NCBI GenBank assembly: GCA_964057225.1
Contig: OZ059897.1
Coordinates: 8,308,001 to 8,372,000, forward strand
Direction of reading: 5' to 3'
Length of the DNA stretch: 64,000 bases
DNA from: Auanema rhodensis
Lineage: Eukaryota > Animalia > Nematoda
In this document: in pieces, positions 37,561-63,097 of the stretch
How the letters are laid out: each line of letters opens with the position of its first letter
How positions within the stretch are numbered: position 1 is the first letter of the stretch
The notes under the pieces: generated by a model
What the model was told of the DNA's origin: nothing
The model's database searches: none
What the model saw: only the letters and a program-made list of their open reading frames with translations
Program-made: the position numbers and the translations under genes

Positions 37561-40058
37561 TTATAGTCCAACAAATTTGTCAACTATATTAAAAATCATA
37601 ACGTTGCAATTTTCAGTAAAGTATGTAATCTTTCTGATAATTTAATTGATAAAGTAGCTATAAGACTCTAATTCGTTGCAACCTATAAGGATGGTTAAAA
37701 TGAATTTTCCAAATTCTTTACGTTCCTTTTGGCCTAATAGATGGCATCCATCATGAATGATGACCACATTTCAATTGGCAATCTCTTTACTACCTCTGTA
37801 TAAGCACTTCCGATTGATAAGCGATCGACAATTGACTCGACATACTAAACTATGTAAAAGTTGATTCTTCATCATTTTCAGTTCATTCGCAACTTTCTCA
37901 CACGGACGCCACTGCTTAATTTATTTATTTTCACGCGAAATTTACTTTTTGCATATTCACACGTCAAGAACGGTTGTTTCTTTAATTTTCTCCCCTCCAC
38001 TTCTCTTGTCTCTTTCTTTTTCTCTTCATATCACACCTTTATACTATCTTTACCCCCTCTCTCTTTCTCTCTCCCTCCTTTCTATTGTCTTGATTTCTTT
38101 AATTCTCGCAGTACTTCCTATTCTTATCCGTTTCTTCTAATCTGTCTTCTCACTGTTTCGGTCTATTCCTCCATCATTCTATCTCGAAGGTCTGTTCATT
38201 CAAACAGGCCATCATCACAACACAACGGCCAGTCTCCGCCTACTCTCAATGCCCGTTGACGGAAGGACATCGAAGGTGGTATCGTTGAAGGAGACAGATC
38301 GCCTCGAGACGACACGCCCCGTTTTGATCCGTTTTCTCTTTGCCAACCCAACCCAACATTCAGCTTTCAATATCTACCTATTGATTATTCTATATTCATG
38401 ATTTGAAGTCTTTCAGTCATATTATTTGCTGCTTTTTCTCATTTCATCACCATTGCTAGTACATATTCTGCCAGTTCCTTATCAACTTCTTAAGCTAATT
38501 TAGTTTTATCAGAAACTTGTCATCTCAGATTATCTGCGTATTTTCTCTATTTCTCTTATCAGCTTCTACAAATTTCACTTCGTTTTTCAATTTCTTTATT
38601 CATAAATGTTTTGAAGCTCAATTGTTTTTCATTTTTTCCAACTTTTCAGTTATTTGCTCAACTATTTCTGCCCTGACTTGAGAACATGTAGCATGCATGA
38701 CTAATAAGGCTTTATCATAATATCAATTGTCTATGCTTCGATAAGGTTCTATTCTCTTTTACAGTCAAAACCACATTTTCTCATCATATTGTGCTATCAG
38801 CTTCATGCTTGCACATTTCTCTTTACTCATATAACAACAGTCAACATCAGTAGCTCATCATGTAAGCATGTCAATGGTCTGTGCCAAACGTATTTTCATG
38901 CTCAATCATCATCATCATGAACCTCTTTTCGCATGTTGCTCTACTAATTCTGTTGATTACATCAGTAATACTAGCTCAAATCATCTTATCTGATCATATG
39001 TTTCACTTTTACTGTTAGTATTAAAAGATTTAAAGCCTGATGAACATCTACTTCATACACAAAGCAATCATATTGGCTTTTTCTTGAAAACTGACCTTGT
39101 TCTTGTTGTCTTTTTATATCTTATCTATCCACATTTCATTGTTAATTCTACTTGCAACATAAGGTTTTTCTTCTCTTCATCCATCTCACTATTCAATCAA
39201 CAATTTCATCAGATTTATATGTTTGATAAATATCATTTTTAATCTTTTTTTATCTTAATAATAGTTATTGATTGATTTAGTTTATATAAATATATAGTTA
39301 TTATGACTTTTCGAGATCGTTTATTCCTCCATAATCCTAACACTGAATGGCCCATATAATACCTTCTTCTTCTTCTTCTTCTTCTTCTTCTCCCTCTTCC
39401 CAACAATCTGCTCGACATCAATCCATTTATTCCTCCTTTTCATTCTCTCTATATCCTTCAGCCTTTATTATCCTTTCCCTCTCTTTTACCGCAATCTTAA
39501 TCATCTTATCTTACTTCAAACAATACTGAAAAGACGTTTTTATGTTTTATTTTCTTTAAATTTAATTTTTTAATTTCCCACTGTTCCTCAAGATGATGTA
39601 ACTTACTCTCTTTTTCGTTTTATAATTTTTTGAAAGATAACCGTAAGTTTATTGTTTTCATTCATTTATTTTTCATTAAAATCCGTTCATCTCTTTCGTT
39701 TTTTTTTGTTTCATTCTCTCCAATTTTTCCATTTTTTTTCGCAAAAAAAAAAAGTTTTAGACAAACTTCATGTCATAGATATGCGGTCTTTTTATTTGTT
39801 TTTTATGTCTTCTAGTGCTGTACCTCTGTTGTATAACTTGCCTTTCTGTCTATTTCTGATTTACAACCTCTCTATCTGTATCTCTACGTAAATGTATTCA
39901 TTTATTTCATTCCAGTATTTCCCATCTTAATGCTCGTTTTGGAAAAGAATCTTTAATGTTACAATACTGACAACATAATTTATGGTTTAATACTTATTTT
40001 CATTATAGATTAGGCCTACTACTATTCACATAATACGCTCATTTGGCCGGAGGTAGAA

Positions 40059-52540
<12,482 letters not shown>

Positions 52541-54365
52541 GAAATTTCAAGCCATCACCTTTAACGTATTGCCATTACTTCTTTCCAATCATAATGTTTT
52601 TAATTGTATTTTCTGTCCTTCCTCTGCCATCTCCCCTCTCTCTATCCCATGCCCAACAACCAAGTGTCTGAACTTTCTGCTCAAAGTCGATTGAAATTTG
52701 ATCAAAAATCTTCTTTCGACAGGTTAAACGGTTCCAGATTTCGGCTGGTTCGATTTCAAAGTAAAATGCAAATCATTATATTCACCTCTGCCATAGCCCC
52801 CACATCCTGGTTTTTTTTCTTCTGATTCCATTGGTATTGAAGAATTCTGAAAATAAAAACCAATGTTGATATACTATTTACAAATAATTTTATAGTTTTG
52901 AATATTTTTTTATGTGATTTCTAAGAGTTGTGATTATAATTTTTGTGTTTTTTTTTCAAATATTTTCCAGCCACACCTTATTCGAAGTATATATATGTAT
53001 ATGTATAGTTTAATTACTTTTATAATTAGTTAAAATCTAAAATATTAATCTAATTAATATTATTTCTTTCTTTTTCTCATTTAATTAAGCAAAAAACCTT
53101 CATTCTCTCTATATACACCTCACCTCGCCTACTACCGTCCCCTCCCAACAGAGACCGTCTATCTACGAGTATTTTTTTTCTATAAATCTTTCTGTTTTTT
53201 TATTTTATTTCTTTTAAACTTTTTAATTTAAATATATATATATATATATAAAGAATATAATATAATATAACATATACTGTTGATTTGAGATGTTAAAGTA
53301 AAGAAAATGATAATTAAATTGAGGTGAACTTCAGAATCCCTGAAAATCTTTAATCTTTTGGATCGGTCATACTATATACCTACATAGGAAAGACCAAAAG
53401 GAAATTCAAAAACCTTGATTTTGGAAATTGCCGCTATCACGACGTCGACGACGACGATGATGATGATGTCGACGTCCTTTTCATGGCACTTACTTCTCAT
53501 AACTATCCGCTTCTATTCTGCCGACACCTTATGATTCATCTGTACAGACGACGGCAAAAGAATGGATTCAAAGAGGTCTCAGAGGTCTCATGTTGGCTGT
53601 TTTTTTCGTTTTTATTCCTTTTTCTTCTTATTTCAACAGATAATCAATGCACGTTTCACTACACTATTCTCAAAAATATGGGAAACCTTGCTTGAATAGG
53701 TTGAAAGGCAGGTGAGCTTAAGCTTAGCCAATGGCAAATCTGCACTCCTTTGCAATCGCTCTTGAATAGCTGTTAGCCAAATATGGCTGATGCTCTTAGA
53801 TGTGTTAGAAGCACCATTGGATATGCTTTTCAACAAATTCAGGAGTACAATTCTCAGCAGGTGTGCAGGGAAAAACAACGCGAAAAACGTGATGACAAAT
53901 CGTATTTGTTGAAAAATTATGATACTGAGCATGTCTATATTGGGAAAAAGGAGATTTTTTTACGTTGCGAGACCTTTTTTTTTTTAAAAATTAAGTTGTT
54001 TGCCGACTAAATTTTTCTATTTTTTTACAATAACCATGCCAGATATTTCATGAGAATTAATATCTAAACAGTAGTTCAATAAGAATATATTGTTTGATTG
54101 AAAAAGAGAGAGAGAGAGAAAGAGAGAGAGAACATTGATAGAGTGATAGAAATTGAGAGAGAAAATATGAAGTAGAGAAATACAGAGAGAAAGATAGAGA
54201 GAGAAAAGAGAAATTGGGAGGTAGAAATATTTATTCAGCAGCAATATATTGTGTTGTAATTCAAAAACTATCGTCATCTGTACAACGTTATGCTGAATAT
54301 TCATATACGGAAATCGAATATCCGTAGAAGTTTTTTTTTCCTTTTAAGTCCCAAAATCATCTACA

Positions 54366-54371
<6 letters not shown>

Positions 54372-54428
<57 letters not shown>
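54372..54428. repeat. (CT)n microsatellite
   Basis: Directly visible. Confidence 0.95.
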
Positions 54429-54430
<2 letters not shown>

Positions 54431-55944
54431 TCTACTCTTTACCCCACTCTCCATCACTCTTTATCTCTACAACACTCTCATCTATTCACTATCTTATTGC
54501 TTTTTCTTTTTTTTCAATCTATTCCTCCTATGTGAATCTGGCAGTACACGATCTGACTCATATCCTAGTACCAGTATCCATTATTGGAATCATTTCATTC
54601 CGCACATTTTCATCATCATCATAGGTTTCTTTTCATTTTTCTTTTCGAAATATAATCAATTTTTGTGTTTCTCGGACATTACTGGTTATTTTGAGAGTGG
54701 AAAAAGCTCTTGGAAAAAACGTATTTGATGTTTGCACCGTTAACCTCTCTACTCTCTCTTCTTCTGTTTTCATTCTATTTCACTCTCTCTCTCTTTCTCT
54801 TTCACCGTCGTTATGTCTCCCTCACGATCTTTCTCTCTATTCATATAGGATTCTGTGATTTTTTCTTAAACTTTTTCTTCTAAGTTGTAGTTCAGTTCGC
54901 CTTTTTTCCACTTTTTTTTTGCTTTACGCATGTCTTCGTCAATCGAAACTGTCGAATATTGCCTCCTTCTTCTTCTTCTCGTCGTGGTTGTGTTGCGGTG
55001 AATTCATAGTCCTCGCCGCCATCATCGTACTGTTTGCATAATGATGCAAAGACTTCGTACGGATCTGCTCTGTGTGTGTACGATTTTGTCTATTTTCTCT
55101 CTCACTACCTCATTCTCTTTCTGGTATTTCCCCTCACTCTGCGTCAGTTTTTCGCTCTTCGTTTTCTTCTGTGTCTGATGTGAGGTAGATGCCTGAATCA
55201 ACATGAAACCACTAATGACAACTACGACGTCGACGACATCTCCGAGAAACAAGACCGTAGTACGATGACAGTTGATTCTGATATCCATTGACGGCCCGTT
55301 GCCAAATATGGAGTTTGATATTTGCTTCACGTCATACCGTCGATTTTTTTTCTGTTTTTTTTTGTGTCCGCTGAGCTTTTCCTGCATCAGTTCTTCAGAT
55401 TTTTGTTCGAAAAAAACATAAAAGTTGGCAAAATTTCCTGTTTATACAATTTTGAAATATAATAAGCAATTGGATAGCTTTTCCATGCCTAAAACTGTTA
55501 GCAAATATTACGTAAAAGTAAGACATATTCAGGTCATTTCCGGATATAGATATCCAACTCAAGTTGCACAAAATTTAGATTGAAGTTTGTATATGGATTA
55601 AACAATATGCTTTTATTTGTTTTTGTTGCATAATAATCGTACAAATGGCTAAAATGGTCTGGAAATTGTTTTTTTTTTTGAAGAAAAATAATACAAAATA
55701 AAACACATTTCTAGTCGTGCAGAGTCTATGACAAGCTGTTTTGTTCAGCTTCATGACTGCTTCCAGTCGTGAGCAAGCCTAAATGCTTTCATCGTTTGAT
55801 CGTTGTGCGTGATTAACCAATATTTAATCATAATTTCTTCCCAGAAGCATCAATAACTTCAGTTTTCATCATTTTTTTAAAACATAAAAACCTATTTTTA
55901 GCTTCTTTTTTTTGTATTTTCTTCCTCAAACGTCCAGTATACTT

Positions 55945-56050
55945 GTGTCAAGAGCCACGCAGTAGGCGGAGCCGACCTCTGAGTCGCATCGTCCCCACCC
56001 ACTGTCAATGGGCGGAGCCATGAGTTTGCCATCGTCGGGAGCGGGTTCAC
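55945..56050 (+). promoter_or_regulatory. GC-rich element with duplicated GGCGGAGCC boxes, putative pri-mir-72 promoter
   Basis: GGCGGAGCC at 55965-55973 and 56011-56019, each preceded by TGTCAA, about 1.1 kb upstream of the mir-72 hairpin in gene-free DNA. Confidence 0.35.
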
Positions 56051-57088
56051 TTCTTCTGTATGTAGTCCTTAAGAGAGTCGTTGGTCGGTTGGTTGACTGT
56101 CGAACTAACTAACTCGTTTGCTTTGCTGCTCTCATTCTTCTCATTATCGTCTCTTCAAGGTATTTTCCCAGACAAAGTTCTGTCAGCCAGGACACCACAG
56201 CCACCTTATTCCAACTCCCGACCACATAACGTTCCCTTGTCTGTCAGTAGCTCTAGTTGCCAGCATAATTGTAGCATAAAGAAACTTTGTCAAGTATTAA
56301 AGATTGTTAGTTCTCAGATATAGAAGAGAACTGCTCACACAACAGTCATTTACTATAAAAATCAAGAAAATTCTATTCATATTTTGTTTCTTTTCTAAGC
56401 TTTTCTTCATTTTCTCAATATTTTCTATCTAATAATTCTCCTATTTTTAGAAATGAACACCACCACATATCATTTAATACAATTTATTCTCTCATTGTCT
56501 TTTTCGATTTTCCCTCCTAAAAATTATTTTTGTTAGCTATGCTCTCTCTCTCTATCTCTTCCTCTCTCTCTCTCTCTCCATCTTTCTCTCTCTTTCTCCC
56601 AATTTCTCTCTTTTTCCCTTCCCTTTCTGTGTATATCTTTTTTTCTTTTTTTCCTTTACTTCTTTTCCTGCCGTCTTCTTTTTCATCGTTGTTTCTAGTT
56701 TCTCACCTTTCCTATTTTCTCTATCTCCCCTCACTCTCCCCCTCTTTGCTACATTAGCTGAGCAAGATGTCTATCCATACAACCAACGCTGATCTGTGGG
56801 TATGTATGAGACAGATATTCAAGAGAGGGAAAAAGAGAATATACGAAACATAGAAGAATAGACTAACAGAGCGAGAGAGATGCAAAGAGAGAGAATTAGA
56901 AAAGACTGGCATAGAGAGGGAAAGACCCGATTGTTTGTTTTGAGCTTCGCCACATCGGCTTTAGATACGAAGAACATACAGTTAGCATCAAAAAGGTAAT
57001 TTTTTTCATTTTTTTTTATTTTCTTTCCTTGCAAATGCCATTTTCTACCCCTTCCCCCCCACATCCTCCTTTCCCACCCGATGTCGTT

Positions 57089-57160
57089 CTGGGCTAGGCA
57101 AGATGTTGGCATAGCTGAGCTTATGAATTCCTCAGCAATGCCACATAAGGCCAAGCACAG
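57089..57160 (+). ncRNA. mir-72: mir-72 (miR-31 family) microRNA precursor; mature 57096-57118 AGGCAAGAUGUUGGCAUAGCUGA
   Basis: The mature sequence matches C. elegans miR-72 as I recall it. Hairpin pairs GCUGAG/CUCAGC, UGGCAU/AUGCCA, AUGU/ACAU, GGC/GCC and GCU/AGC. Confidence 0.95.
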
Positions 57161-57605
57161 ATACGAGAAATATCAACAACTTGTTCTCCTATGAAAAATC
57201 CAGAATTTCAGCCAAACAATCGAATCAAAACACAAAGAAAAGAGGTAAAAAATCAAATTTATTGATTGTCATCACAGTTTAATTCTATAAGATGTTAAAT
57301 CCTATTTCATTTAAAAGAATCATTCTTAAAAATTATTTTTGTAAAATTTAAAAAGAAAAAAATTAAAAATGAAGTAAAACAGTTCAATGAACTTTCTCTT
57401 TTTCTCTTTTTTTTCTTTTTTTTTCTTCTCGATATCAAAAAGGTTCAATATTCTCATTTCCTTACCCACTTTTTTCATTTTTTTTTGACTTTTTACATAC
57501 AAAAAAAAAGAAAATCTATTCGATAAACTATTGTTAAATCTAAGAAATAAAAATGAATAAATACAGTAATTTTACAGGAAAATTAAACAAAAAGTTTTGT
57601 TTTGT

Positions 57606-58116
57606 TTATGGAAGGAAAGCATATTGTATTCGGTTTCCGCCATATCGACAATCATGATCCCATAGACGATTCTCACTTAGATCAATTACTCGTACTCCTT
57701 CAGCGAAACGAACCTGAAAAAGAAAAAAATTGAAATTTGAAACATGTGCTTAAGTCATTCGACATAAATTTATGAAATATCGGATAACAAGTGAACAAAA
57801 AAAATGTTTTAAAGGATTTGTTTCATATTCAGACGCAGGATGTATGCTGTATTCGTTCAAGTTCTTCCTCAAAATAACTGAAAAGATCCACTGAAACTGA
57901 TTGAAAAACACATTTCCCTTTATATTCTACAGCTTCAGAACTAAAGCTCAAGGTTATGTGCTGTTTCAATTTATTTTCCTTATCATATTCGTGAATTTCT
58001 ATATTGAAATAGGCAAAGAGTCATTGGTCAAATAGACGACGAACAATCTGAAAGTCGTGCTGCACTGCCCTCTGTCTATCTTCATAATTCTTCTTTCTCG
58101 AATGAATGCCTTACCT

Positions 58117-58200
<84 letters not shown>

Positions 58201-61144
58201 TATTTCTTGTTTTCCTTCACTCATAGATCTTCATTGGAAAATCAGCATGTACTGTGAGATAGATGTCGACATTATGATCGCAATTCTGAATCATAAAATC
58301 ACAAAGCGTGAGGATAGGAGAGCTTAGAAGCTTTGAGCAGATACATCCTTCAACGTCATGGTGTTCGAGTTTATGAAATAAAGATTTCTATAGGCTTTGT
58401 ATAATGCTTTTGATTTTAAATTGAAAACAGATACAAAATAAATTTTAATTCAGAAAACTCTTCTTCATAGACTGCGCTTGTACTGTTTTCCTATTGTTTT
58501 TAGATTTCCCGTGTTCACTAAAGGGTATTGCAATTGCAAAGCTTAGCGAGAAAACGAAAAGAAACTTCTCCTTCATCATCGTTTTCTCTCTTTTGCTCTC
58601 TTGGTGCTTGCCCTGTTTTCCCTACCTTTCTTCCCTCTCCTCCTTTCTCTCTCTTTCTCTCTCTCTCTCTCTCCAACACACAAACCTCCTTTCACACTTT
58701 GTCTCTCATATTTTCTTTATTTTCTCTTCGACTCAATCGATGAAAAGTGCAAGTGAGGTTTGTTGGAGCAGCTCATCGGAAGAGGGTTAGGTTAAGTTTG
58801 TACGGTAGCTGAACAAACAGTAAATGGGCTCAGCTACGGCCACGCAAACTTTCTTTCATCATCATCATCAACTTCATCATCAGTACGTTGACGGGAAAAT
58901 TTGAGAACGTTGTATACGTACACACAGAGCATCTGTACTTTCCATGCGGGAAAAATGAAAAAAAAACGTTTAAGAAAAGGGAACCAAAGATTGTTTTTTG
59001 AAGTTTTTTTCATTGGGGATGGGGGGAGGGGTGGAAGGTTTTTCCATATCCGAATCAGGCTGCTGATCTCTAGACAGAAGATACAAACTATACATACCTC
59101 CATGCGAACACTTGAATAATCAACATTTGTATTTGGGTAACATAGTTCATGAACTGATGGCCAATACTGAGATGCTGCTTCTTTAGAACAACATGGATCC
59201 TGAAAGATGATCAAATACTTTGTTTTGAAATAATTGTTAGTAAGATCCACTTACATCATCAACAAACTTCTCGTAGCAACATTGACTAAATTTATTTGTG
59301 CTTGTTGTACCGTCACCTTGACTTGGATCTTCACAACAACTGTATTTTGACTATAAAATATTAATTATGCGAATAATTATAATAAAAATAAACCTGAAGA
59401 AACTTCTGGAAACAACACAACTGTACAGTATTGTTCGAGCATTTGCCAGGGAGACACAGATCAGTGAAATAGATTCCTTTAGAGCAACACTTAGATAAAC
59501 CGTATCGTCCTAGCTTCTCTTGCTGAAAATTAAAAGATTTACTTTACATATTTTTGGTTAAAAAGGTTGGTATGTAGTTGAATACAACCGCTTTCACATC
59601 AATCGAAAATTAAAATGAAAAAGAAGAATCTGACGAAATCTCTAACCTGTTGAAAGCAGATATCATCTGTATATGCTGCACAAGGAATATTATTTTCTGA
59701 AACAATAGGTCCAAATGGCTTATTAATCTAAATATCATATAGTTTAAACAAGATATTCTCTTTGATTAATTAGAAACCTGATAGTTTTTCATTCCAGCTC
59801 CAACATGTGGAGTTACCAAAGTTGGAAACCATGGCGAAGTTGGATGAGGTATTTGAGTCTACAAGAGATTTTTCTAAATATTGATGAAACGAAAGTCAAA
59901 AAGAGATTTTTCTCTCAACACTTATTGATAAATTTCTTTGAATTAATCCAATGTTTGTTTTTTCTTTTTATTTGAAGAATCTTTTGCATAATGTTTTCCT
60001 TTCTTCGCAGTTAATCATCAAATTTGCACTTTCTATGTACCTATATCAACTCGGCATCCAATAACCTCTATGCTTAAAGTTCGTTTTTATGTTTTTTTTT
60101 TCACAAAAATAATATTGAAGTTTAGAAATTAGAGCATGGTAATCTTGCTATATTCAAAATTTTAAATTTCAAATGAAACCTTCAACGATTTTTAAATTTA
60201 TTCTCTGAAATAGAAATCTTTTTCTATATTCTTGACATTTCAATGATGCTAAGCTCATCGAATAATACAAATGTCAAAAACCGGACAGAACTATAAGTTG
60301 CCTCAAGGTATGTAGGTACAAGAGAGGAGCAATCCTACTGCACTATTGATGATGGCAAGTCGTGATGTACAGTACAGATGCCCCCCTCAGGCTATTCATA
60401 CAGTTTGTTTTAATATTTATGAATGACTTTAGATTCTTTAGTTCGATACATTATAAACAGGGAGGTATGAGAGTTTTAAAGAGTTAGCATATTCTGTTAT
60501 AAAACTTGTGGTAAAACTTAAGTTGTTACCTGTAACTTAGGAGTAGTAGCCACTTTAGTTGGTTCCACATCTTCATAATCTTCATCAGGTCCATAAGGAT
60601 TTTTGGTTGGTTCTAAATAAAAATGTATTTGAAAACAACAAATTACAATACCTGGGACAGTTGGAATTGTTGGATGAATGCCATGATTCAAATAATTTAG
60701 TTGTTGTCTTGGATTCTGATTATGATATAGCTGTTGCTGTTGATATTGTTGTTGTTGTTTTTGAGATGCTGATTGATGTGAATTGTAATTTGAAGGATAA
60801 TTTCTTGATTGGGATTGTTGGTGGCTATATTGAGCACGCTCATCATGTTGGCTTCGTTGACTGTATGCTTGAGATTGTTGCTGGTGTTGACGCTGTTGCT
60901 GTTGTTGTTGTTGCTGTTGTTGTTGTTGTTGTTGCTTTTGTAATGCTTGTTGTTGCTGATATTGTTGCTCTACTCTACGATCCTAAATACATTAATGAAC
61001 TTGTAAGAAGAGTAGCTAAAGGGACAACATCTTGTGAGCCTTAAAGAACTCAACAAACCTGCTGTGCACGGCTAGCCGATGAATAAGCTGGAAACGAATA
61101 AGCTTGTTGAGGTTGAGGATACCGATTCTGCTGTGGTTGTTGTG

Positions 61145-61175
<31 letters not shown>

Positions 61176-63097
61176 TTGTTGATGATAATGCTGTTGCTGT
61201 TGCTGTTGTTGCGGTTGAAGTGACCACGCTTGCTGATTCTGCTGATAGCTAGAGGGAGGATGAGTAGCTGTATGACGAGCATTCTGCTGATGATGACTCT
61301 CATCTCGTCGTTGATCATATCCGGATGAGGTCTTAAAGTAGGCGATGACACTCTATAATACACTCACTACAACTAAACAGACTAACAAAAGGTGATTATC
61401 TAATTGAAACACTAGATAAGAGAGTGTGAGTGTGAGAGGGAGAGAGTATTTCTGTGTGCAATAGAGTGACTAGTAAGAAACAGGTACATAGCTGACTCTT
61501 GTTGAGTTGAACTAAAACTAGAAAATGTGACAGAAACGTGAGAAGACAATGCCGAAGTGAAATGAACATGAATATCACATCATCCTCATCCTCATCCTCA
61601 TCATCATCACCGGCTTCATATTTTCTTGAAACATAAGACTTTCTAGATCACATACACACATATACACACGTGATCAACACACTATTTGTTTCAATCAATC
61701 TACTCAATTCCGACCTTAGCTCGTAACTCTTGTCCATGCTTAGATAGATCACGGCTTCCACGACTATCATATTGACACCAGCCACATTTAGCTTGTTGTA
61801 AAGCCTCTTCCACAACATTCAGAATGATACGATATGATGTTACATAATCTTGAGGATGTGGAAGGATATGTGAAACACGCCCACATCTGTAAAAGAAAAT
61901 ATTCCATTTTATAGGTAAAAGCAATCGATTTTTGTTGTAAAACACGAATATTTTTCTGGAATTTAACTGAAATAATAGTTTTGATTTTCACTAAAGAATT
62001 TAAAGGATACTGCTTCATCTTCATTCATCTACTTCTCCCTCTACTTCTCCCTCTCTACCAGCTTCTTCTTTTACTACTATTCCCACCCTGTCCTCATTTC
62101 TTTATGAAGAGTTACGTCATCAAAAATGTGATGGCCGTCGTAAAGTATATGCGTATGTATCGTATGAGAAGACCCTTAATTTCAACTAAAACTACAAATT
62201 GTTTCCGGATTTTGAGGAAGAAAACAGAATGTTTGAAGTGCAATCAGCTGTTTGAAGTTCAGAGCCAAAGAAAAATAAAAATGTTTGAATACATCCAACT
62301 ACATACCTGTCATACAGAGTTATATCATGTGGCTGATGTCCACTCGATACGAATACACCATCATCATCTTGTTCCAGTGATAAGTGAGTGAACTACAAAT
62401 GGAAATGTGATTGTTGTGAAATGAATTTGAATGTTTCATCTCATGTCCTTACCTCGTGCTTCAACTTGTAGACAAGTGATGAAGCTTCAAATGAGGGAGC
62501 TGTAACAACCACCCGAAGTTCTGAGATTGATTCAGCTAGAAGATTTAATCTAAAATTAAACAATGATAAATTCTTTTTCTAACAAATAGTACTTATTATT
62601 ATTATTATTTTTTATTTTATTAATTTCAAAGTGCACATTTAAACAACTTTTCAAATATTTTAAGTGAAAAGTTCGAAGAAGAAAATAGATATGCTTCAAT
62701 CATCAAAGGAAATTTGATCTCTTTTTGATATGTGAAACTGCTTGAAAACAGATAAATTGCGAAAAACATTTTACTGTAAACATTAATAGAAAATTCAAAA
62801 AAATTTGTTAAAATATAGTTCAATTTAAATTCAGAAATGTGCTTCACGTGAAGCTTCAAAATGACTTGAACATACTCAAGTTACAACTTACTCTCGTAAT
62901 TGTCGATGACAGTGTGAGCATTGTAATGGCATATACACAAGTAATAACAGAAATCCTCGATTTTCTTGAATAATATCAGTTCCTTTGATGTAAATTCTAG
63001 TTCCTGGTGTACATATCGTTGGTCCAGATAATACCAATTGTGAAATTAGTAGAAACGAAGTCAAATAGATCAGCAATCTCTGTGATCGAAGCAGCAT
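57606..63097 (-). CDS. pqn-42: Secreted protein: Selenoprotein-P N-terminal-like thioredoxin-fold domain (Cys form), poly-Q region and Cys-rich C-terminal domain (probable pqn-42 ortholog)
   Basis: About 13 exons splice in frame: signal peptide, LLLLVYMPLQCSHCHRQLRELNLLAESISELRVVV, HDITLYDRCGRVSHILPHP..VVEEALQQAKCGWC, long Q-runs (60650-61350), then CAAYTDDICFQQ..KCCSKG..LCCFQKF..CCED..CCYEKF..CCSKE..HELCYP..DCRYGGNRIQYAFLP*. The symbol rests only on recalled C. elegans adjacency of pqn-42 to mir-72 plus Q-richness. Confidence 0.8.
58120..58200. repeat. (CT)n microsatellite in last intron of the SelP-like gene
   Basis: Directly visible. Confidence 0.95.
60860..61215 (-). repeat. Coding (CAA/CAG)n poly-glutamine tracts
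   Basis: (GTT/GCT)n on the + strand within exons of the SelP-like gene. Confidence 0.9.

Noticed and set aside
55105-55188. CTACCTCA ... TGAGGTAG inverted pair resembling a let-7-family hairpin
   Set aside because: The arms are separated by about 68 unpaired nt with no extended stem, and the geometry is wrong for Drosha/Dicer.
60300-60392. GC-richer intronic segment with weak terminal inverted repeat (cassette exon or snoRNA?)
   Set aside because: In-frame stop in the required phase and no clear H/ACA or C/D boxes.
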